Shown: piece after piece, positions 8,006 to 16,341 of the stretch | Position numbering within the stretch: the stretch's first letter is position 1 | How the letters are laid out: each line of letters begins with the position of its first letter | Origin: a virus | Lineage: Duplodnaviria > Caudoviricetes | Length of the DNA: 26,263 nt | IMG/VR virus record: IMGVR_UViG_3300037458_000421 | Coordinates: 1-26,263 of that record | Reading direction: 5' to 3' (one strand) | Notes under the pieces: generated by a model | The model's input: the letters and a program-made list of their open reading frames with translations, nothing else | Database searches by the model: none | What the model was told of the DNA's origin: nothing | Made by a program: the position numbers and the translations under genes

Positions 8006-8704
8006 ATGCCAGACGAGAAACCCACCGCGATCACCGTGCCGATGAACGACGACGGCACCATCGGCGCGCTCCCCGACCCGCTGCAGAAGTTCCTGGACGC
8101 CAAGATCGCCCAGGTCGCCAAGCGGTTCGAAGCGAAGAGCGCCCCGATCGCCGATCCGGTGGACCGCGAGCGCGTGCGCCAACTCGAAGAGGAGAACCAG
8201 CGATTCAAAGTCGGCGAAGCCGAGCGCGAGAAGCGGTACGAGGAAGCCCTGAAGATGCGCGAGGAGGACTGGACGCGCAAGTTCAAGGACGCCGAGACCG
8301 CCATCGAACGCCGCACGCAGCGCATCGTGCAGTTGACGGGCGCTGAGATCCGCGCGGCGGCGCTCCGGTATGAGGCGCGCGAAGAGTCCCTCGAAGACAT
8401 CGAGGCCCTACTCGACCGCCGCGTGGCCATCAATGACGACCTGCAGGTCGTGGTGCTGGACGACAAGGGCGAGCCCACGGACCTGACCATTGATGAACTC
8501 GTCAAGGCCACTCTCGACAAGAAGCCCTACTTCCGGCGGGCGCCCCAAGCGGGGGGCGGAGCCCGGGGCGGGGCCTTTGCTAGCACTGGCACGACAATCT
8601 CAGCTCGCGCGGCGTATGACGCTGCGTTGGCCCAATGGCAGCGCGTGCAGAATGGGGAGACCCTCAAGGCGTTACAAGAAGCCAAGCTCGCGCTGCAGGA
8701 GTAA
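8006..8704 (+). CDS. Capsid scaffolding protein
   Basis: Charged coiled-coil protein just upstream of the capsid gene. C-terminal KPYFRR.PQ.GGGARGG is typical of scaffolds. Confidence 0.85.
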   Translation: MPDEKPTAITVPMNDDGTIGALPDPLQKFLDAKIAQVAKRFEAKSAPIADPVDRERVRQLEEENQRFKVGEAEREKRYEEALKMREEDWTRKFKDAETAIERRTQRIVQLTGAEIRAAALRYEAREESLEDIEALLDRRVAINDDLQVVVLDDKGEPTDLTIDELVKATLDKKPYFRRAPQAGGGARGGAFASTGTTISARAAYDAALAQWQRVQNGETLKALQEAKLALQE

Positions 8705-8710
8705 TCACCG

Positions 8711-9865
8711 ATGGCTATGTCCGGACGCACCACCTACGATTTGATTACGGCCGCCCTCGCCAGCGAGAACATCAACGATGGCGTCCAGGCGCTCAACGTC
8801 AAGACCGCGCCGTTTCTCGCGTGGCTGCTCGAAGGCGGCGGCTACAAGCCGTCTGGCAACATCACGCACGGCTACGTCGAGAACTTCATGTTGCCGAACT
8901 ACATCACGGTCTCGACCGCGGTGAACTCGGCGACGGCCGCGACCGGCATCACGATCAACGGGCTCGGCACGGCGCTGACCGTGGGGACGATCCTGGAGAA
9001 CGAAGGCGCCACGCCGGAGCTGATGCAGGTCACGTCGATTCCCGGCCCCAACTCGATTCTGGTCGCGCGCGCCTACGATGCGGGCACGACGGGATCGCTC
9101 GTCGTCGGGGGCACCCTGCGCGTGCGGGTCGCGGCCGGGGTGGAAGGCAGCGACCACAGCGGCGAGCACACGGCGCGGTTGGGCACCGTGAAGTACAACA
9201 CCGTTGGCTACTTCAAGATTCCGCTCGCCGCGAGTGGGTCGCAGCTCGAGCAGGGCGTGCTCGGGGCCCACGCCTTCGCCGATGCCGAGGCGAACGCGAT
9301 GCGCGAGTTGCCATTCCAACTGGAGACCGAGATCGTGCGCGGCAAGCTGAACGGCGCGAACTCGCTGGGCACGACGACCACGACGCGCACGATGAAGGGC
9401 ATTCGCGCGCATCTGACGTCGGTCAACTCGTCGGTGGCGTCGAGCGCGGCCTCGTTCACGGCGAATCCCCATCTCTACCTCGGCAACCTGTTCCAGGCGT
9501 GCTGGATCAACGGCGCGTCGCAGACGGAGACCTGGGGCATCGTGGCCGGTGACCAGTTTTTCCGCGACATCTCCAACCTCAACGACACCAAGGTCTACGA
9601 CAGCCAGAACGTCGAAGGCTTCAAGCGGGTCGTCCGGCAGTACACCGGCCCGTTTGGCGCCGCCGAGGTGTTTCTGTCGCGCGGGCTGTTGTCCAAGGAA
9701 CTCCTGCTGATCCCGCGTGAGCGGGTCCGGCCCGTGCAGTTCCGCCCCTGGAGGCGCCAGGTCATGGGGCAGCAGGGCGACAACGTCAAGGTCCAGCTCG
9801 TCGGCGAATACTCCGTCGAAGTGCATCACGAAGCTGGCATCGGCCGCTACGTCGCGACGTCGTAG
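8711..9865 (+). CDS. Major capsid protein (SU10/DUF5309-like, with inserted beta domain)
   Basis: PFLAWL, EG.D......KYNT..YF, SGSQ, R.M.GIR, YTGPFG...V..SR, G..GD..K.QLVGEY..EV..E. Thr/Gly-rich insertion at about aa 64-140. Confidence 0.9.
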   Translation: MAMSGRTTYDLITAALASENINDGVQALNVKTAPFLAWLLEGGGYKPSGNITHGYVENFMLPNYITVSTAVNSATAATGITINGLGTALTVGTILENEGATPELMQVTSIPGPNSILVARAYDAGTTGSLVVGGTLRVRVAAGVEGSDHSGEHTARLGTVKYNTVGYFKIPLAASGSQLEQGVLGAHAFADAEANAMRELPFQLETEIVRGKLNGANSLGTTTTTRTMKGIRAHLTSVNSSVASSAASFTANPHLYLGNLFQACWINGASQTETWGIVAGDQFFRDISNLNDTKVYDSQNVEGFKRVVRQYTGPFGAAEVFLSRGLLSKELLLIPRERVRPVQFRPWRRQVMGQQGDNVKVQLVGEYSVEVHHEAGIGRYVATS

Positions 9866-9872
9866 TCGCTGG

Positions 9873-9944
9873 CGTGGCCGGGCCTCGCCCGGCACGTCCT
9901 GGTCATGCCCGGCGGGCGCGATTCCTCATCGGCCCGCCGGGATG
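9873..9944 (+). terminator. Two tandem GC hairpins after the capsid gene, no U-tract; attenuator or mRNA stabiliser
   Basis: GCCGGGC-CTC-GCCCGGC (9877-9893) and CCCGGCGGGC...GCCCGCCGGG (9908-9941). Confidence 0.55.
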
Positions 9945-9972
9945 CTGGGGGGAAGGACGGAGACACGGCACT

Positions 9973-10167
9973 ATGCATCCCTTGATTGAGGAAATCTGTC
10001 GGGCGCGAGACGTGCAGCCGCACGCCTTCGGGCGCTGGCAGCGCGCCTTGCGCGAGGAGATTCAGCCGTTACTCGACGAGCTGGCGGCTCGGCGCGCCGC
10101 CGAGGGGGACGCAGGACGAGACGCATCGCTGGACGTCGCCGTGCCAGCGCGTCGGGGGGCGCGGTAA
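9973..10167 (+). CDS. Small hypothetical protein (64 aa)
   Basis: GGAGA RBS. MHPLIEEICRARDVQPHAFGRWQR... TAATG-coupled to the glycosyltransferase. Confidence 0.65.
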   Translation: MHPLIEEICRARDVQPHAFGRWQRALREEIQPLLDELAARRAAEGDAGRDASLDVAVPARRGAR

Positions 10168-13100
10168 TGCGCTGGGGGTTCTACCTGCGGTCGGTGCCCA
10201 TCACGCGGGGGCATCTCACCGGGGCGGCGAGCCTGGGGGGCTCCGAGTCGGCGTGTGTCGGGCTGGCGCAGGCCCTCGCGCGGCGCGGGCATCGCGTGAT
10301 CGTGTTCGTGTACGACCTCGCCGAGGACTGCCACGGCTGGACCGATGCCGAGGGCGTGACGTGGGAGCCGTCGGTCGCCTGCCGCCGTGATTACCTGCAC
10401 CACACGTGGGAGGTGTTCACCGCGTTGCGGATGCTCGACCCGTTTCTGGGCGACAGCCTCCCCGCGCGGTATCGCATCCTCTGGAATCAGGATCTGCTGC
10501 AGGACTACCCCCGCGGGCAGGTGGCGACCATCATCGGCAACTGCTGGTCGGTGGACCGGGTCGCCTATGTGAGCCAATACCACCGGCGCCAGTGGGACAC
10601 GTTGGCGCCCGACCTCGCGTCGCTGGGGTGGGTGACGCGCAACGGCTACGATCCGCGGTGGGTGCCTGACGCCCGTCAGGTGGTCAAGGCGCCGGCGCGC
10701 ATCATTCACGTCAGTCGGCCCGAGCGTGGGCTCGGTCCGCTGCTGGCGATGTGGCCAGCCCTCAAGGCCCGGGTGCCCGAGGCCGAGTTGCGCCTGTGCC
10801 GCTACCAGTCGATGTATGACGGCGAAGGCACGGAGGTGCGTCGCACGTGCGATCAGTACGACCAGCTGGTCGCGCAGATCAACAACCAGATCGGCGGGAT
10901 CACGTGGCTGGGGTCGCTGGGCAAGGCCGACCTGTACCGCGAGATCGCCGAGGCCGCGGTGATGTGGTATCCCGGCATTGCGACGTTCGCCGAGACCTCA
11001 TGCATCGCCGCGATCGAAGCGCAAGCGTGCGGCACGCCGCTGGTCCTGAGTGCGCGCGGCGCCCTGCCGGAGACCGCGCCCCACGCCGTCTGCGTGGAGG
11101 GGGATGCCACGACGTCGGCCTATCAGGCGGCGTCTGTCGAGGCCGTGGTGCGCGCGCTCGACGGGTGCGCGCGCCAGTCGCGCGACTACCGCACGCAGGT
11201 CGAGAGGGGCCGCGCGCACGTCACGCCGGCCTACACGTACGACGCGATCGCCGAGCACTGGGAGACCGAGATCACCCAGACGCTCACGGCCCGCGCCCTC
11301 GCCGCCCCGGCGCGTGTGCTCGAGGCGCTGCTGGCCGTCGATGATCACGTCGCGGCGGCGTCGTGGATCGCTGAGGTGCCGCCCAGCGCCGATCGTGACG
11401 CGGCGCAGGCCCGCATCGCGCGGGTGCTGGCCGGCGAGGACCAGACCGCCGAGCAGTATGCCGAGGGCGCGCGCCCGGACCCGATCGCCGAAGGCCAGGC
11501 CGAACCCCGGTTTCAGGTCGCCTCGCCGTCGTGGGCCCACGCCACCCGCCTCCTGGACGTCGCCTGCGGCAATGGCGCCGGCGCGCTGAAGTTCGCCCAG
11601 GACCATCCGACGCTGACGGTGGTCGGCGTGGACTACGCCCAGGGCAACATCGACGCCGCGCGCCGGGCGGCCTCGACCGCGGGGCTCGCAGACCGCGTGT
11701 CGTTTGTGTGCCTGCCGGTGTACGACTACGCCACGCAGGCGGTCCATGCGGACTTCGTGGCCTGGCTCGCCACCCAAGCGCCCTTCGATGCGGTGTTCGC
11801 GGGCGAATTCCTTGAACATTGCGCGAATACCGCGTCGCTGGTCGACGCCATCGAGGCGGGCTGTGTGCCGGGCGCGCGCGTGGTCGCCACGATGCCGCAC
11901 GGGCCATTCATCGATCTGCTCCAACGCACGCAACCCGTGCGCCGTGGGCATGTGCATCACTTCGAGGCCGCCGACCTGGAAGAGGTGTTCGGCGCCAAAG
12001 CGAACCTCGCGGTTCACGCCTTGCACCACGGCCAGACGCCCAAGGGCGACGTCGTCGGCACGTGGGTCGTGTCCTGGACGGTGTCGGGCGCGCCAACGGG
12101 CCGGCGTGATCTGCACCGGGTCGTCCAGACGATCCGCCCCTATCGCCGGCTCAGTGTGGGGCTCATCACCTACAACGAAGCCAACAACATCCGGCGCTGT
12201 CTCGAATCGGTGTACGACATCGCCGACGAACTGGTGATCGGCGATACCGGCAGCACCGACGAGACGCGGGCCCTCGCCACGGCGTTTGACACGCGCGGCA
12301 AGGTGCGCGTCCTGTCCCTGCCCGCCGTCGCGGCCTGTCCGCACGGGTTCGCCGAAGCGCGCAACGCGGTGCTGGACGCCTGCACGGGCGACTGGTTCCT
12401 GTGGATCGACGCTGACGAGCAACTGGCGGGGCCGCCCCAGGTCAAGCGCTACCTCGACGCGGGCCCGTTCGTGGGGTACGCCCTGCATCAGCAGCACCTC
12501 ATGGCCGACGACCGGCGCGAACCCGATAAGCCGGTGCGCCTCTTCGCGCGCCGACCACGCGTGCGCTTCTACGGCGCGGTGCATGAGCAGCCCCAGGACG
12601 GCGACGCCAACACCGACATCATGCCGGCGATGGAACTGACCGATGTCGCCGTGTTGCACTACGGCTATCCCGTGGAAGACACACGGCGGCGGAAGTCGAA
12701 TCGCAATCTGCCGCTGCTCGTGAAGAACCACACGGCCTGTCCTGATCGGGCGCTCAATGCGCCGCTCGACGTGCGGGAGTTGCTGCTCCGCGCGGCCCCG
12801 GATGCCCTTGAGGATGACGTGGTGCGGCACTACGTGCGCACCCTGGTTGAGCGGTACGGGTTCCGCTGGTCGCTGCCGATGGCCGACCCGCGGGAGTTGA
12901 TGCTGCGGCTCGCGGTGCATATCGCGGAGCAGGCCGGCATCCCCGATCCAACGAACAAGTATCACGCGGCGGCGATTCGCTTCTACGAGGGGGCCCTCGA
13001 CGCGCTCGGCGAGGGATGGACCTACGAGCTGGCGTTCGCGGGGGCCGCGGGCCGTCTCAATGGGCGACGCGCGCAGCCCAAGCGGCTGCGCGTGCGGACG

Positions 13101-13214
13101 GCAGACCAGATCGCGCGGCACCTGGCGCACCAGGCCGACGACGCGCGCAAAGGGATGGAGCTCGAGGCGCCAGACACGGCGCCCGTGGTCACGGCTGACG
13201 AGGTGGTGGCATGA
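10167..13214 (+). CDS. Trifunctional GT4 glycosyltransferase / class I SAM methyltransferase / GT2 glycosyltransferase fusion
   Basis: GT-B part: LGGSE...LAQALARRGHRV, VSQYH, RNGYD, SRPERGL, ETSCIAAIEAQACGTP (EX7E). MTase from about aa 460: LLDVACGNG, FDAVFAGEFLEH. GT-A from about aa 662: LSVGLITYNE..NIRRCLESV..IADE..IGDTGSTDET, FAEARN, WFLWIDADE, GAVHEQ, LHYGY. Confidence 0.92.
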   Translation: MRWGFYLRSVPITRGHLTGAASLGGSESACVGLAQALARRGHRVIVFVYDLAEDCHGWTDAEGVTWEPSVACRRDYLHHTWEVFTALRMLDPFLGDSLPARYRILWNQDLLQDYPRGQVATIIGNCWSVDRVAYVSQYHRRQWDTLAPDLASLGWVTRNGYDPRWVPDARQVVKAPARIIHVSRPERGLGPLLAMWPALKARVPEAELRLCRYQSMYDGEGTEVRRTCDQYDQLVAQINNQIGGITWLGSLGKADLYREIAEAAVMWYPGIATFAETSCIAAIEAQACGTPLVLSARGALPETAPHAVCVEGDATTSAYQAASVEAVVRALDGCARQSRDYRTQVERGRAHVTPAYTYDAIAEHWETEITQTLTARALAAPARVLEALLAVDDHVAAASWIAEVPPSADRDAAQARIARVLAGEDQTAEQYAEGARPDPIAEGQAEPRFQVASPSWAHATRLLDVACGNGAGALKFAQDHPTLTVVGVDYAQGNIDAARRAASTAGLADRVSFVCLPVYDYATQAVHADFVAWLATQAPFDAVFAGEFLEHCANTASLVDAIEAGCVPGARVVATMPHGPFIDLLQRTQPVRRGHVHHFEAADLEEVFGAKANLAVHALHHGQTPKGDVVGTWVVSWTVSGAPTGRRDLHRVVQTIRPYRRLSVGLITYNEANNIRRCLESVYDIADELVIGDTGSTDETRALATAFDTRGKVRVLSLPAVAACPHGFAEARNAVLDACTGDWFLWIDADEQLAGPPQVKRYLDAGPFVGYALHQQHLMADDRREPDKPVRLFARRPRVRFYGAVHEQPQDGDANTDIMPAMELTDVAVLHYGYPVEDTRRRKSNRNLPLLVKNHTACPDRALNAPLDVRELLLRAAPDALEDDVVRHYVRTLVERYGFRWSLPMADPRELMLRLAVHIAEQAGIPDPTNKYHAAAIRFYEGALDALGEGWTYELAFAGAAGRLNGRRAQPKRLRVRTADQIARHLAHQADDARKGMELEAPDTAPVVTADEVVA

Positions 13215-14074
13215 GTTGGGCCCCGACCGACTTGCTCACCGACGCGGATCTGCTCGCGTACGAGCCCAAGATCTTGTCGATGTTCGGCAAGGTCGCGTGG
13301 GCCGACTTGCGCGCCAAGGTGTTGGAAGACTGGTTGTGGCCGCAGTTGCTGGCGCAAGGGTTCGACCCGCAGCGGTTTCGCACGCGGTATCAGCCGACCG
13401 CGGTGCTCATCGATGCTACCGGGACGTTCTCGGACATCACGGCCGCCGCCACGTCAGAGACCAGCGACGACGTGAATCTGGCGACGGCGTTCGCCTCGAC
13501 GTCCACTCGCCTGTGCGTAGGGGACGTGGCGCCGTTTCGCGGGCTGTCGGTGCGCGTGGCTGACAGCCCGTCGGCGACCGCGGCGACGCTGACCGTGTCG
13601 CTGTGGCGGGATGGGTGGAAGCCGGTGGCGGTGTCCGATGGGACCTGCGCCACGAGCGGGGTCCCGTGGTCTGGGGGCGGCGCGCTGACGTGGACGCTGC
13701 CGGAGGACTGGGTCGTGCGGACGCTGAGCACCGTCGCTCACTGTTATTGGGCGCGTCTGGTGCTCTCGGCGGCGCCGACGGGGGCCAAGGCGGGGCAGGT
13801 CGGCGTGATTCGCCGATCACGGCTGTGCGGGGCGGTGACGTGCCGCACGCTGGCGCAGATCTTTCGGGCCGCGCCGTTGACGCAAGAGGGGCCCTGGACG
13901 GACAAAGCGACCTGGTACGAGGGCCAAGCCGATCAGATGCTCGCGCGGGTGCTGCCGCTGCTGGGCGGCGAGTTCGACACGGCGACCGAAGACGACACGA
14001 TCGACACGACCGAGGCTGCGCAGACCGCCGACGAGGCGCGCGGGGCGACGGCCTGGACGATGGAGCGCGCATGA
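13211..14074 (+). CDS. Putative head-tail adaptor with inserted beta-sandwich domain
   Basis: N-terminal TDADLLAYEP.I helices and C-terminal W.DKA.WY helix with acidic tail flank a beta-rich insert (VG...PFRGL...W.DGW..V.VSDGT...G..TW.LPEDW...YWAR). Confidence 0.65.
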   Translation: MSWAPTDLLTDADLLAYEPKILSMFGKVAWADLRAKVLEDWLWPQLLAQGFDPQRFRTRYQPTAVLIDATGTFSDITAAATSETSDDVNLATAFASTSTRLCVGDVAPFRGLSVRVADSPSATAATLTVSLWRDGWKPVAVSDGTCATSGVPWSGGGALTWTLPEDWVVRTLSTVAHCYWARLVLSAAPTGAKAGQVGVIRRSRLCGAVTCRTLAQIFRAAPLTQEGPWTDKATWYEGQADQMLARVLPLLGGEFDTATEDDTIDTTEAAQTADEARGATAWTMERA

Positions 14075-14490
14075 GCGCCACGATCCTGGACGCGGTCCGG
14101 TCTCTGGTGACGGCGCCGCCCTTCGCGCTGCAGGAAACGCCGGCGCTCTTCGATTTCGACCGCGTGCCCGCGCAACTCGAAGGCGATAGCGTCCGTGTGG
14201 AAATGGCGCGCGTGCAAACCGTGGGCGGATTTGCGTTCAGCGAGGAAGCGATCGACGACCTCGAGGTCTGGGTGGCGTTCGTGGTGGACCAGGCCGACCC
14301 CCGGGCGAGTTACCGTCACTTGCAGGTGCTGGCGTCGAGTTTGACCAGTGCGATCGTGCGGCTCGGGACGGGGGCGGGAGATTTTGCGGTCCCCGACACC
14401 GGACGTCGGATGGAGATCGCGCAACCGCCAGGGGCGGCATATCAGATGCTTCGGCTGACGGTGCCGGTCGATTACATGGTGACCCTCTAA
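14071..14490 (+). CDS. Putative tail terminator / neck protein
   Basis: 139 aa, just upstream of tail tube. Helix-strand pattern ending LRLTVPVDY. Confidence 0.6.
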   Translation: MSATILDAVRSLVTAPPFALQETPALFDFDRVPAQLEGDSVRVEMARVQTVGGFAFSEEAIDDLEVWVAFVVDQADPRASYRHLQVLASSLTSAIVRLGTGAGDFAVPDTGRRMEIAQPPGAAYQMLRLTVPVDYMVTL

Positions 14491-14503
14491 CGGAGAGACG
14501 ACG

Positions 14504-15568
14504 ATGCCACTAAGTGGACGGGAAGTCACGATGGCGTTTGGGGTGCTCGGCACCAATTCGTGGGGTGTGCCCACCTCGGTGACGCGGCGCGTCTATTTCG
14601 AGTCGGATGCGGGGATGTCGACCCCAGCGACGTACGTCGACGACGTCTCGTTTGGGCAGACCTTCGTGGGGCCCGCCGATGTGGGGGACTTCGCGCCCTC
14701 CACCCCGACGTGGCAGGGGCAGGCGTACTACGACCACGCGGACTACATCCTTGAGGCTTTGGCGATGGGGTCGCCCAATGCGGTCACGGTGGTCTCGTCG
14801 CAGGCGACTAATTCGCTCGTGGCCTACTCGCACATCATCGACGTGGCGCCGAACACGAATGGGCGGGCGATCACGATCGCGACCGACAAAGTCAACATCG
14901 TTGAGGAACTGACGAGCGCGAAAGTGGCGGGATGGGGGTTGGCCGTGGGCACCGGCGGCGTCATGATGAAGCGCATTTCGCTGATCGGCGCGAAATCGAC
15001 CCTGGCGTCGACGGTCAATACCCGGTCGGCGGTCGCGGCGTCAGCCGTCGCCCCCGCCCTGGCCAATCGCGTGTTTCGTGCGCAAGGGGTGTTGCGGTTG
15101 AACACCCAAGCCGCGGGGAGCCTCAGCGCCAGCGACAATCAGGAAGTGGAGGACATCAGTCTGGAGTTCACGCGGCCTCTCGCGCCGGCCACCGTGTTTG
15201 CGCAGAACTACACGATTGAACCGTTGGACGATGGCTTTCCGACGGTGACCCTCTCGGTGCGGTATCCTCGGGCCAACACCGTTAGCGTCAACAGCCTGTA
15301 CGCGGCGCATCAGGCGGGCACGGCCTTCAAGGGCTCGTGGACGTTTACGGGGCTCAACATCAACAGCACGACCACGCGGAGCCTCGCGTTGGAGTTCCCG
15401 CACCTCGAACCGGTGCAGCCGCCAGACCATGCGGCGCAGGGCGCGGGGCAACTGCGGTCGGCGATGGTGTTCCGCGCGAAGCAGGCGACGGCGGCGCCCA
15501 CGGGTTTCTCCCACACGCGCCCGTTCCGCCTGACGCGCGTCACGTCGCAATCACTCGTCGCGTTCTAG
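14504..15568 (+). CDS. Major tail tube protein
   Basis: SGRE...AFG.....WG.P N-terminus. Beta-rich and S/T-rich, with SL.LEFP.L. Lies upstream of chaperones and tape measure; no sheath gene present. Confidence 0.85.
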   Translation: MPLSGREVTMAFGVLGTNSWGVPTSVTRRVYFESDAGMSTPATYVDDVSFGQTFVGPADVGDFAPSTPTWQGQAYYDHADYILEALAMGSPNAVTVVSSQATNSLVAYSHIIDVAPNTNGRAITIATDKVNIVEELTSAKVAGWGLAVGTGGVMMKRISLIGAKSTLASTVNTRSAVAASAVAPALANRVFRAQGVLRLNTQAAGSLSASDNQEVEDISLEFTRPLAPATVFAQNYTIEPLDDGFPTVTLSVRYPRANTVSVNSLYAAHQAGTAFKGSWTFTGLNINSTTTRSLALEFPHLEPVQPPDHAAQGAGQLRSAMVFRAKQATAAPTGFSHTRPFRLTRVTSQSLVAF

Positions 15569-15598
15569 GCGGCGCAGACCGTTCTGGGGGACTGACAC

Positions 15599-16042
15599 AT
15601 GGCGTTGCGGCTGACCCAGCCCGACGAGCGGCTGGTGATTGCGGACACGGACCTGCCGGCGCACGAGCCGGCGCTCGGCGACGTGGACCCGGAGGTGACC
15701 TACACGATTCGGCGCCTGACGCCGGGCGAGATGGACCGCTTGCGGGCGCCCTACGTGCGGTATGCGTTCTCGCGCACGACGCACAAGAAGGAGGAGCTCC
15801 CGCTCTCGCGGGAGGACGCGGAGACCTTCGCCAACGTGCTCATCGACGCGATCGTCGTGGGCTGGACGGGGATCCGAGTCGGGGACGCCGAGGCGCCGTG
15901 TGATGCGACGCACAAGGCGCTGCTCGACCCGCTGCGGAAAGGCGCGTTGGTCCGGGCGGCGCTGGTCAATCACGTGGAACGGGAGGCGGCCCGTCACGAC
16001 TCCTTTCGCTCAACTGCGGGAGTGGGCGACGTGGTGGCATGA
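15599..16042 (+). CDS. Tail assembly chaperone (gpG-like)
   Basis: YTIRRLT, IVVGWTGI...D.E.PC....K..L; between tail tube and tape measure. Confidence 0.8.
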   Translation: MALRLTQPDERLVIADTDLPAHEPALGDVDPEVTYTIRRLTPGEMDRLRAPYVRYAFSRTTHKKEELPLSREDAETFANVLIDAIVVGWTGIRVGDAEAPCDATHKALLDPLRKGALVRAALVNHVEREAARHDSFRSTAGVGDVVA

Positions 16043-16337
16043 CGTGGGGACCAGGGCGACGTGTTGCCAGTTCGCGGACGATGCGGCCCTGGGCGATGCC
16101 GAGGTCTTCGACTGCAGCACCTGTGAGTATCGCCGGCTGCGCGACGCGCTGGCGCCGGAGAACGCGGTCGCGTGGGAGGTGTGGCGCCTGATTGGGTCGC
16201 GGTTCTGTGTGGATTTCGGCACGGCGGGGTGGGCGCTGCGCGCGGTCACCGCGGACTGGCCGGCCGACGATGTGCAAGACCTGGTGCAGCGGTTGGCGCT
16301 GATCTACGACGCGGTCGCGCCGCCGCCGGAGCGATGA
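16001..16337 (+). CDS. Tail assembly chaperone extension (gpT-like), probably reached by +1 frameshift
   Basis: AQLREWATWW...C..C....L.PEN..AW.VW...V.RL..I lies in the +1 frame relative to gpG and overlaps its end, with no start codon at the beginning of that segment. Confidence 0.7.
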
Positions 16338-16341
16338 GCCG

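Noticed and set aside
10998-13130. Long minus-strand ORFs (710 aa here; also 2950-4284, 8705-9895, 18842-20401, 20266-22185)
   Set aside because: Antisense shadows of high-GC + strand genes, with low-complexity R/G/H-rich translations and no recognisable motifs.
10167-13214. DNA hypermodification role for the GT/MTase fusion
   Set aside because: Disfavoured but not excluded: it lies in the structural operon, the MTase lacks DPPY/PC DNA-MTase motifs, and no base-hydroxymethylation genes are present in the window.
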